From the IMG/VR virus record IMGVR_UViG_3300022561_000387: 15,136 nt of DNA; one strand, 5' to 3'. Position 1 is the stretch's first letter. Every line of letters starts with the position of its first letter. The position numbers were made by a program, and so were the translations under genes. Source of the DNA: a virus. Of the stretch, positions 7,034 through 14,115 are shown one piece after another. Below the pieces are notes generated by a model, which did no database searches, was not told the DNA's origin, and saw nothing but the letters and a program-made list of their open reading frames with translations.

Positions 7034-8115
7034 GCGCCGACCTAGGTATGTTTATGGATTCTGTGCCCGATGCACCGCCACCGCTAACCGTTGACGCTGA
7101 CCACGTTTACGCCAAAGCGTATGACATGCTGGCGAACATTCAGGCGCGTGAAATGGCTGAGTCGATGCACGCTGAACTCAACGCGCTAGATGAACCGCCG
7201 ATGGACGTGGGCACACTGCGCGAGATCCTGGCAGATAACACGCCGCTCGCCTGGCGCATTGACGGCCTGCTAGCAGTAGAGGGACGTATGACGATTGTCT
7301 CGCCACGCAAGACCGGCAAGACCACGCTGACGCTCAACCTAGCGCGGTGTCTCCTTGAGGGTCGTAAGTTCCTAGGCAAGTTCGATACTGCGCCCGTAGA
7401 AGGTAACGTCGCATTCCTCAACTACGAGGTCAGTGGATCTCAGTTGGCCGCTTGGGCTATCGACCACAACCTAGACCTCGACCGCTTTGTGCTCATCAAC
7501 CTACGTGGTCGGCGTAACCCGATGGCAAGCCCGTCAGGCCGCGCCGAACTGGTAGAGATCCTTAAGTCACACAATGTGTCTGCGATGATCGTTGACCCGT
7601 TCGGACGCGCGTTCACTGGCAAGTCTCAGGACGCCGTTAGTGACGTTGCCCCGTGGCTCATTCAACTAGACAAGGTTGCATCTGACGCGGGCGTGGGTGA
7701 GGTCATTCTCACGGTTCACGCAGGGTGGTCAGGTGACCGTTCACGCGGCTCTAGCGGCCTTGAGGACTGGCCCGACACCATCACTAACCTGATCCGCACA
7801 GATGACGGTGGACGGTCGTTTAAGGCAGAGGGACGTGACGTTGACGTGCCACTGATGCGACTGGACTACGACCCTGTAACCCGTGAACTGTTGGCAGTCG
7901 GTAGCGCGTCTGAGGATGTCTCAGACGCCATACTTGAATTCCTGCGCGAGAACCCTATGTCGTCTGGAAAGGCGATTGAGGATTGGGCTATCGACCAGGG
8001 CTACAAGCGCACACAGGCGCGTACCGAGCGAACCAAACTCGTTGAGGCTGGCAAGGTAGTTGAGAGTCGCCTAAAGAGCCGTGGTGGCGGTACGGGGTAC
8101 AGCCTCGCTGACTAA
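7030..8115 (+). CDS. RepA-like (AAA_25/RecA-fold) replication ATPase with a C-terminal winged-helix domain (361 aa, GTG start)
   Basis: Walker A is VSPRKTGKTTL and Walker B is AMIVDPF, with the surrounding pattern of RepA/DnaB-like plasmid and prophage helicases. The C-terminal ILEFLRENPMSSGKAIEDWA...KLVEAGKVVES resembles a wHTH. A double stop TAATAG ends the gene. Confidence 0.7.
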   Translation: MSADLGMFMDSVPDAPPPLTVDADHVYAKAYDMLANIQAREMAESMHAELNALDEPPMDVGTLREILADNTPLAWRIDGLLAVEGRMTIVSPRKTGKTTLTLNLARCLLEGRKFLGKFDTAPVEGNVAFLNYEVSGSQLAAWAIDHNLDLDRFVLINLRGRRNPMASPSGRAELVEILKSHNVSAMIVDPFGRAFTGKSQDAVSDVAPWLIQLDKVASDAGVGEVILTVHAGWSGDRSRGSSGLEDWPDTITNLIRTDDGGRSFKAEGRDVDVPLMRLDYDPVTRELLAVGSASEDVSDAILEFLRENPMSSGKAIEDWAIDQGYKRTQARTERTKLVEAGKVVESRLKSRGGGTGYSLAD

Positions 8116-8121
8116 TAGAAT

Positions 8122-8160
8122 CTGGCACACACGGCCTTAACCTTTCACCGTGTGTGCCAG
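8122..8160. terminator. Perfect 13-bp inverted repeat between the convergent genes; bidirectional terminator candidate and alternative attP
   Basis: CTGGCACACACGG (8122-8134) pairs with CCGTGTGTGCCAG (8148-8160) across a 13-nt loop. On the minus strand it is followed by AUUCUAUU. Confidence 0.5.
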
Positions 8161-8162
8161 TA

Positions 8163-8180
8163 GAACCGCTTAGGCGGTTC
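8163..8180. terminator. Second hairpin: 7-bp stem with a tetraloop
   Basis: GAACCGC (8163-8169) pairs with GCGGTTC (8174-8180) around the loop TTAG. Confidence 0.4.
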
Positions 8181-8182
8181 CG

Positions 8183-8230
8183 AAGCCCTACAGGTCCGGC
8201 CCAGTCATCCGGTGCAGTCCTGTAGGGCTT
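8183..8230. other. Candidate attP: 48-bp site with 12-bp perfect outer inverted arms
   Basis: AAGCCCTACAGG (8183-8194) and CCTGTAGGGCTT (8219-8230) are separated by 24 bp. The dyad centre lies between 8206 and 8207, on the non-palindromic CA dinucleotide, inside the int stop codon (8205-8207). Confidence 0.4.
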
Positions 8231-9647
8231 TGTGCTGTGCCGATGCAATCGCGTGTAGCGCGGTAACCGCGTCTTGTAGTTCGGCAAGGTGCGCCGTGTC
8301 CGTGCGTGTCGTGGTCTCGACAATGCGCAGCGCAAGGGCCGTAGGCGTCACGTGGACGGCCTCAGGGCCACGACCCGGCACAACCGATATGCGGGTGAAC
8401 AACATCGGCAGAATGGCCCTACGGCGGTGCAGTGGCAGCGCGTCGAATCGCGCGGTCGGGTAGTCGTCATACAGGTGGCCTTCGTCCCACAGGCCCGCGA
8501 ATACCTCGGCCCGTTGCGTGTCCAACAGGAGCGCGTCTATCTCAGCGACGCGGGTGTTTATGGTCCGGGTAGCAGCCGCTACCTGTGCCACCGAGATACC
8601 CGCCGCCAGACCCTCGGGCAGGTCCACGTCCCTACGCCGCACCAGTTCGGCGCGCTCTTGGCGTGCCGCTGTCAGGTCGGGTGTCTCACGCTCGGTCAGC
8701 ACGCCTCGGGCCTCAGGCATCGCCAGCACGACGGTTGCCAACCGGGACACCGCCGCGTCTGCCTGTGCCGCACCACGCGAGACACCCGGCGCGCTGTAGG
8801 CCGTCCTGCCGTGGGATACCACGGTCCGCACGGTGTGGCCCTCAGGTCCCACAGCAATGCCGGTCAAGAGCCACTTGGGGGTTCTGCCGCCACGGTCGCG
8901 CACGGGGTCTGCCAGGACGGCACACGCGGCCCGCCAAGCGGCTTCATCCACGATTGCGGGCCACTCACCCTTGCCGACGATCTCGCCCTTGTAGGTCCTA
9001 AGTCCCGCGTTGCGCGCAGCCTTCATCACCTTGAGCACGGTGCCTCGCGGCATCCCAAGGTCACGGCCTATCTGTGCCAGCGAGGCACCCTCTAGGAGGT
9101 CGCTGTATGCACGGCGCAGGAGTGCCGCCTCAGGGGCCACCAGTGCCCCTGTGAGCGTGTAGCCGTACGGGCGGGCCGACCAGTGCGGGTGGCCCTTCAC
9201 GGCCCGTTGGCGCAGCCCTGAGGACAGCCGCTCACTCATGGTGTCGATCTCTTGCCGTGCCACCGATGCCAAAATCTCAGCCACCAGCCGACCGCTTGCG
9301 CTGGCGAGGTCGATGTCCTGCCCGCGCACCAGGGCGATGCTCACCCCGGCGTCTCTAGCAGCTTCCATGAGGCGCAGTTCGTCCCGCTTGTTGCGGGTGA
9401 GCCGGGTGAGCTCGGTAGCCACCACGACCCCGTAGCGCCCCTGTGCGATGCCCTTGAGCAGCGCCTCGAACCCAGGGCGCAGTACGTGGCCCTTGGCTGA
9501 GCGGTCGTTGTCGGCGTGGGTGTCTACGACGCTGTAGGACCGGGACGCAGCAAGAGCGCCGCACGCCTCAATCTGGCGTGTGACGCTCTCACCCTCGCCG
9601 GTCTTGTCGAGGCTGGCACGTACGTACAGGGCGGCTTGTGTGGTCAT
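8205..9647 (-). CDS. int: Large serine recombinase (integrase), 480 aa from ATG 9647 (the ORF track starts at TTG 9656)
   Basis: The N-terminal resolvase-type catalytic domain has ALYVRAS (catalytic Ser) and VVVATELTRLTRN. The recombinase domain has ARPYGY and WPAIVDEAAW. A long coiled-coil region follows. TAGTTT lies 7 nt upstream of the ATG and no SD is present, which suggests a leaderless mRNA. Confidence 0.9.
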   Translation of the reverse strand: MTTQAALYVRASLDKTGEGESVTRQIEACGALAASRSYSVVDTHADNDRSAKGHVLRPGFEALLKGIAQGRYGVVVATELTRLTRNKRDELRLMEAARDAGVSIALVRGQDIDLASASGRLVAEILASVARQEIDTMSERLSSGLRQRAVKGHPHWSARPYGYTLTGALVAPEAALLRRAYSDLLEGASLAQIGRDLGMPRGTVLKVMKAARNAGLRTYKGEIVGKGEWPAIVDEAAWRAACAVLADPVRDRGGRTPKWLLTGIAVGPEGHTVRTVVSHGRTAYSAPGVSRGAAQADAAVSRLATVVLAMPEARGVLTERETPDLTAARQERAELVRRRDVDLPEGLAAGISVAQVAAATRTINTRVAEIDALLLDTQRAEVFAGLWDEGHLYDDYPTARFDALPLHRRRAILPMLFTRISVVPGRGPEAVHVTPTALALRIVETTTRTDTAHLAELQDAVTALHAIASAQHKALQDCTG

Positions 9648-9682
9648 GCACTGCAAACTACTACACGAGCGTGTTGCTTGCC

Positions 9683-9706
9683 TAGTTCACACTGCCGACG
9701 CTACGC
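9683..9706. repeat. 24-nt repeat, copy A, between the holin stop and the int start
   Basis: TAGTTCACACTGCCGACGCTACGC matches copy B at 10159-10182 in 19 of 24 positions. The matches fall in blocks of 9, 4 and 6. Confidence 0.6.
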
Positions 9707-9889
9707 GGCGTGGTCACCCTTTTTGGTGGTGGTGTTGGCCGATGCCAGGGTCAGGCCCAGCACAGCCGAACCCAGGCCAACCCACAGCGCCGCCTGTTGG
9801 TCAGTGACCAGGCCGTACGCAACGACAAGCGGCTGAACCGCTAGCAGAATCCGGTAGATATACGCGCGTGTGCTCTGTGAAATGTTCAT
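9701..9889 (-). CDS. Holin, two transmembrane segments (62 aa)
   Basis: The pattern RAYIYRILLAVQPLVVAYGLVTDQQAALWVGLGSAVLGLTLASAN is characteristic of small actinophage/r1t-type holins. The C-terminus is charged. An ATGA overlap couples it to the upstream gene. Confidence 0.6.
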   Translation of the reverse strand: MNISQSTRAYIYRILLAVQPLVVAYGLVTDQQAALWVGLGSAVLGLTLASANTTTKKGDHAA

Positions 9890-10140
9890 GCTATTCCTAA
9901 TCCTTTCGCTACCGTAACGCCTAAGCCGCCACCGAGCGCAGCCGCAGCGCCCGCCGTGTAGTAGACCTTCGCCTCTAGTTTCCTGATGCGCTTTTCGTGG
10001 TCACCTGTGACGATTGACAGGTCTTCCGTTTGACCCTTGACCTCACGAATACCATCGCGGGTTTCGAGCACCACTGCGTAAATTGATTCGAGAGTCACAA
10101 CGACGTGTGCCCCCCCTGGTGCTTCTACTTGTCCAGTCAT
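9886..10140 (-). CDS. XhlA-like lysis-associated membrane protein (84 aa)
   Basis: The N-terminal coiled segment ends in DHEKRIRKLEAKV. A single C-terminal Gly/Ala-rich transmembrane helix follows. AAAGG lies upstream of the ATG. The gene sits immediately upstream of the holin. Confidence 0.45.
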   Translation of the reverse strand: MTGQVEAPGGAHVVVTLESIYAVVLETRDGIREVKGQTEDLSIVTGDHEKRIRKLEAKVYYTAGAAAALGGGLGVTVAKGLGIA

Positions 10141-10158
10141 CCTTTAATCACATCCTAT

Positions 10159-10182
10159 TAGTTCACAGCGCCGCAACTACGC
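10159..10182. repeat. 24-nt repeat, copy B, between the fibre gene stop and the XhlA-like gene start
   Basis: TAGTTCACAGCGCCGCAACTACGC. See copy A at 9683-9706. Confidence 0.6.
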
Positions 10183-10196
10183 ACCTGTCAGCGTGC

Positions 10197-10730
10197 TCAC
10201 GGAGTCTCGAAACTCATTGCGCTGACAATCAGGCAGTTTGAATACCCACCAGTATTCGCCATTGTGCCACCCGCAATAAATGCCGAGAATTGAACTGCAC
10301 CAGTTGCCTGAATGCGCTGTGCCGTAGCACCTAGGTTTCCCGCAACGCCGACGGCACCCACGCCGGTCTCTGGTAGTGCAGGCCGGAATCCTGCAGGTAG
10401 CGTTCCGAACGTAGTTTCAATGGCGGTACCCACACTGAGTGCCACCGAACGGGTCAGATATCCACCCGTGATCTCCGTCATAATCCCACTGTGGCGATAC
10501 TGGATGGGTTGTGAACCACTAAGTGTCACCCAGCCCGACGCGAGCGGGAGGTTCGTCCAAGCTGTAACAGCGAGGGCGTTGATCTTCGTAGTGTTAGAAG
10601 CGGAGGTGGTTGCAAGGCCCTTGACGTCTACGTCCACGGCCTCTGCCAGCCGCTGCAAATCATAAGGGACGTTGTTGGGTGAGGTCGGACCGTCGGGGTA
10701 CGGGTAGAGCCGGTTAAGCGTGGTAGCCAT
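10197..10730 (-). CDS. Minor tail protein / tail fibre, receptor-binding candidate (177 aa)
   Basis: The N-terminal motif LYPYPDGPTSPNNVPYDLQRLAEAVD is typical of actinophage fibre proteins. It is the last gene of the tail module. A GGAG SD is present. Confidence 0.55.
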   Translation of the reverse strand: MATTLNRLYPYPDGPTSPNNVPYDLQRLAEAVDVDVKGLATTSASNTTKINALAVTAWTNLPLASGWVTLSGSQPIQYRHSGIMTEITGGYLTRSVALSVGTAIETTFGTLPAGFRPALPETGVGAVGVAGNLGATAQRIQATGAVQFSAFIAGGTMANTGGYSNCLIVSAMSFETP

Positions 10731-10733
10731 TTC

Positions 10734-11804
10734 TTATTCTCCTGTGGTAATTGTTACGTCGTCGGGAACGCGGGTGCGAACGGTCATCGTTCCGTCCGAC
10801 AGATCGAAAGAGACCCGCGAAACTAGGTGCCGTTCCTGTGAGCCTGTAGCGAGTTGCACGGTTACCGTCATGCCAGGCCGCAACCAATAGGCGCTAATCG
10901 CCCTGAGCGAATAGCCGCGACCGCGAGACACCGCACGTTGCAAAATCGCCCGCGCTGCCGCTTGTGAATACACCGCTGGCAGCGTGTCTCGCGTAATCTT
11001 GAGAACCTTTGTAGGCACGGTGCCCACTGCGAACGGCCCCGTGGTCACCTTGGCCCAGACCGAAACGTCGTTGCTGTAGGTCAGCACCACGGCATTAGCC
11101 CATTCGTCGGTGCTTAGGGTGCTGTCGGAACTCTCGATAGTTCCGACCACACCGACCTCTAGAACGTGCGCGCTGACGCCTGCAATGGTCGGTCGGTCCT
11201 GAATCTGCCAGACGCCGAACTCATCTACGAAAACCCGCGCGTTAGCGCCGTCAGCAAGGTCCGTGATGATGCTCCACACGTTCGCGCCAGTGCCCACCGC
11301 GAGCGGTTCCGTAAGCGCCATTGTGGACGTAGCAGTAACCGACACAACCGCGCTCGGCAGCATCCAAACAATGAGGTTCGCAATGACATATAGGTTTAGA
11401 TTCCCACCCGTGAATGACCGGGAATCGCCTAGCGGAGCCGTGTCCTGTAACCGGAGTTCGTCGCCGTGGATATCTAGGGTCATCGTATTACCAGGGCGCG
11501 CTACCTGGCGCACGCGCAAGCCGCCTTGTGCCAGCGTGTGCACATCGCGGATTCCACCGGGGTAAACGTAGCCCGCGCTAATATCTACGTCGGTGCCTGT
11601 GCGAGGGTCCAGTGTGTTGAGGGTCGCAGCATCCGGCACACGGCAGGTCAGTGACCCTTGAATGTACGGGGACCACCCTTCATCGAACGTGACCTGGCCG
11701 CTTTCCACATCTAGCACCAGCGCGCCAGAAGTAGCCTCAGCGGTGTGGAACAGCGATTCGCGCATTGCTGCTATGGCGCGCTCGTCCCACGGGGCGGTGC
11801 TCAC
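10734..11804 (-). CDS. Tal-like tail tip / baseplate hub protein (356 aa, GTG start)
   Basis: This is the second gene after the tape measure, and a GTGA overlap couples it to the Dit-like gene. Its size matches the minimal gp27-like N-terminal module of Tal proteins. Function rests on synteny. Confidence 0.45.
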   Translation of the reverse strand: MSTAPWDERAIAAMRESLFHTAEATSGALVLDVESGQVTFDEGWSPYIQGSLTCRVPDAATLNTLDPRTGTDVDISAGYVYPGGIRDVHTLAQGGLRVRQVARPGNTMTLDIHGDELRLQDTAPLGDSRSFTGGNLNLYVIANLIVWMLPSAVVSVTATSTMALTEPLAVGTGANVWSIITDLADGANARVFVDEFGVWQIQDRPTIAGVSAHVLEVGVVGTIESSDSTLSTDEWANAVVLTYSNDVSVWAKVTTGPFAVGTVPTKVLKITRDTLPAVYSQAAARAILQRAVSRGRGYSLRAISAYWLRPGMTVTVQLATGSQERHLVSRVSFDLSDGTMTVRTRVPDDVTITTGE

Positions 11805-12940
11805 AGCGGGCCAATCAAGAGGTCGCCATAGGTTGGGAACTCAAGCGCCGATGCACCATACGTCGCATTGCGGGCTGTGCTGGCGGCGTAGGTCCAACCG
11901 ATCGCACCAGTGAGTGCACCGGACGGTCGTTTGACCTCGGTGTAATCGACTGACAGGAGCCAACGACGAGTGGGCGTCATGGTGTCCTCTAGAGCGAGCG
12001 AGACGTTGCCCGTAGCCGCGTGGAACATATCGAGACCGGCATAGTCCGACTGACGAAGCATGACGATCTCACCGCGCCCATAGACGGCCTCCAGCGTCCG
12101 GCCAACCGCGTAGCTCGGACACCAAACCGTCAGGGAACCGGAGCGCAAGCGGAGCGCACCTAGCGTCAGAATCGGGTCTGGCCGGTTAATGATCTTGTGC
12201 ACGGTGGTCGTGGTCTCACGAGCCGACGTGAGGCCGGTTACTAGGTCCGCCTGTGCGGAATACTGTGGCGCTACCGGGACCGTCAGCCACGTCTCCTGTA
12301 GGGCCAGAGTGGTGGTGACGGTCGCGGCGGTAGTCGTGTTAACGGTGTACGTGAGGGGACCCGTTAGCGACGGTTCATAGTCCGTGACAATGAGCGCACC
12401 ACCTGAGATGCCTTGCCCCTCGAAAAGACGCACAGGAACAATACCGTTTGCGTCCGAACGAGTAAGCGAGAACGAGTAAGCAGGCGGAATAAGCGATACT
12501 TTGATATTTTGAATGTACGGAAGATTGTTAAAGACGGTATTAATGCTAAGTACGTGTGAGGTTGCAGTTGCCGTGAATGTCAGTGTGTGCGACCATACGC
12601 CGGAGCCTGACGGAATAGCGGAAGAGCCTTTGCCCAATACCTCAAACGTCGTATATGTGCTACGTTCGGCTTTGATTTCGACAGTGTAGCTAGAACCGAT
12701 AACAAGGCCGGTGAGGGTGCGCCGCGCGGTGCCGTAGGTTGCGGTTGAGTAGAACGATACGAGCGAACCAAACAGATCACATGAGGACCAAGACCCTGAC
12801 CACAGCGAGGTGGACTCAGCCTTGATAGCCGCCGCTGTAAGGTCCAGAATTACCTGAGGCGATGACAATGCGTCGGTAGCGATGTTGAGCCGCACAGAAG
12901 CGGTATCCGGTTGCGGCGTAGCCGTGATTGTAGTTGTCAT
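11801..12940 (-). CDS. Distal tail protein (Dit)-like protein with an extra N-terminal carbohydrate-binding-like domain (379 aa)
   Basis: The gene lies immediately after the tape measure with an ATGA overlap. The C-terminal ~220 aa resemble actinophage Dit/minor tail proteins (VTDYEPSLTGPLTYTV...). The N-terminal ~160 aa are a beta-rich jelly-roll-like segment encoded by lower-GC DNA. Confidence 0.55.
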   Translation of the reverse strand: MTTTITATPQPDTASVRLNIATDALSSPQVILDLTAAAIKAESTSLWSGSWSSCDLFGSLVSFYSTATYGTARRTLTGLVIGSSYTVEIKAERSTYTTFEVLGKGSSAIPSGSGVWSHTLTFTATATSHVLSINTVFNNLPYIQNIKVSLIPPAYSFSLTRSDANGIVPVRLFEGQGISGGALIVTDYEPSLTGPLTYTVNTTTAATVTTTLALQETWLTVPVAPQYSAQADLVTGLTSARETTTTVHKIINRPDPILTLGALRLRSGSLTVWCPSYAVGRTLEAVYGRGEIVMLRQSDYAGLDMFHAATGNVSLALEDTMTPTRRWLLSVDYTEVKRPSGALTGAIGWTYAASTARNATYGASALEFPTYGDLLIGPL

Positions 12941-14115
12941 GGGTTCATGTACCCCGGTCGCACGCGCGGCGTGATGGTCACCATTGGGGGTGTCCAGCTC
13001 CTAATCTTCTGCTCGGCGTCGCGTAGGTCAACAGCGATCTTGATGTTTGTGGACAGGTCGCGGGGGATATTGTCGTAACCGCCCTTGATTGCAGCAAGTT
13101 CCGCCGCGCTACCAGCCAAGAGCCGGTTCTGCACAGCCGTTTCTTTGTTGGCCTGTTGTTGTACAGTCTTGTTTCCTTCAATGATCTTTCCGACATCAGC
13201 AATAGGCACACCAACGTCTGTCCAGAGACCCCCGGCTTCTTCGACTAGGCGCTTCTGCTCCGTAATGGTGTCATTAACGATTCGGCTTGCTTCGGCCATA
13301 TCACTGGGGGAACCGGCCATGCCGCGAAGAATGGTGTCGATTTCTCCACCAGTCAGACCAACGCCTTGCAATTTCTTTTCGGCCTCGGCAATGTTTTTTG
13401 AGAAACCACTCAGAATCTCGTCGCCAGCCCAATCCTTAATGCGTGTCCGGGTCTGCTCTTCTAATGCCGCGTTCTCGGTACCCATCTCGTCAAACAGTTC
13501 CTTGAGCGCGTCAATGCGTTCACGCACCTTCTCAGTCTCTTCTTTAGCACCCTCAAACGCGGCTGTAACCATACCGATGCCAGCGGCGGCAGCGAGGCCA
13601 GCAACCGCGCCAGCAGGACCGAACCCCGCAAAGGCGTTAGCAGCGACCTCTTGGAAAGCACCCGTGATTGATTCCGCAGAGCCGTCGAACGAGGCGGCAG
13701 TTTCCTTCGCGGTACTGTTGGCTTCATCCTTGAATTCGCCTACACTATCCTCGGCTTTGTCGAAACCCTTTTTAACGCCGTCGCCTACGTCGTCCCCAGC
13801 CTTTTTAGAATCCTTTTTAACGCTGTCGAAAGTGTCCTTAAAGCTCTTCTCCATCTTCTCACTGGATTTTTCCACATCCTTGGCAGCGTCTTTAACATCG
13901 TCGGAAATCTTATCGACGGCCGTGGACGCATCCTTACCCGCATCCTTGAAGCCGTCGCCTAGGTTGTCGCCAGCGTCCTTACCTGACCGCTGTGCATCCT
14001 TGGACAGATCATCGAGCGAGTCGGATACGTCACCTAGTGCGTCTTCAACATTCTTGGTGCCCTTAAGAAAGGCTCGCGTGTCAGACGCAAAGGCAATATT
14101 GATTCCGCCAGCCAT
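12937..14115 (-). CDS. Tape measure protein, short (392 aa)
   Basis: It is the longest tail gene and is helical and low in complexity. The K/D-rich N-terminal third carries an internal duplication (KDAGDNLGDGFKDAGKDAS vs KKAGDDVGDGVKKGFDKAE). A central hydrophobic segment reads FAGFGPAGAVAGLAAAAGIGMVTAAF. GGAAGGGAAG lies upstream of the ATG. Confidence 0.8.
   Translation of the reverse strand: MAGGINIAFASDTRAFLKGTKNVEDALGDVSDSLDDLSKDAQRSGKDAGDNLGDGFKDAGKDASTAVDKISDDVKDAAKDVEKSSEKMEKSFKDTFDSVKKDSKKAGDDVGDGVKKGFDKAEDSVGEFKDEANSTAKETAASFDGSAESITGAFQEVAANAFAGFGPAGAVAGLAAAAGIGMVTAAFEGAKEETEKVRERIDALKELFDEMGTENAALEEQTRTRIKDWAGDEILSGFSKNIAEAEKKLQGVGLTGGEIDTILRGMAGSPSDMAEASRIVNDTITEQKRLVEEAGGLWTDVGVPIADVGKIIEGNKTVQQQANKETAVQNRLLAGSAAELAAIKGGYDNIPRDLSTNIKIAVDLRDAEQKIRSWTPPMVTITPRVRPGYMNP

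Noticed and set aside
8135-8147. The loop sequence CCTTAACCTTTCA resembles the TAACCTTT core of phiC31 attP
   Set aside because: An 8-nt match is not meaningful on its own. Serine-integrase att cores are not conserved between unrelated integrases.
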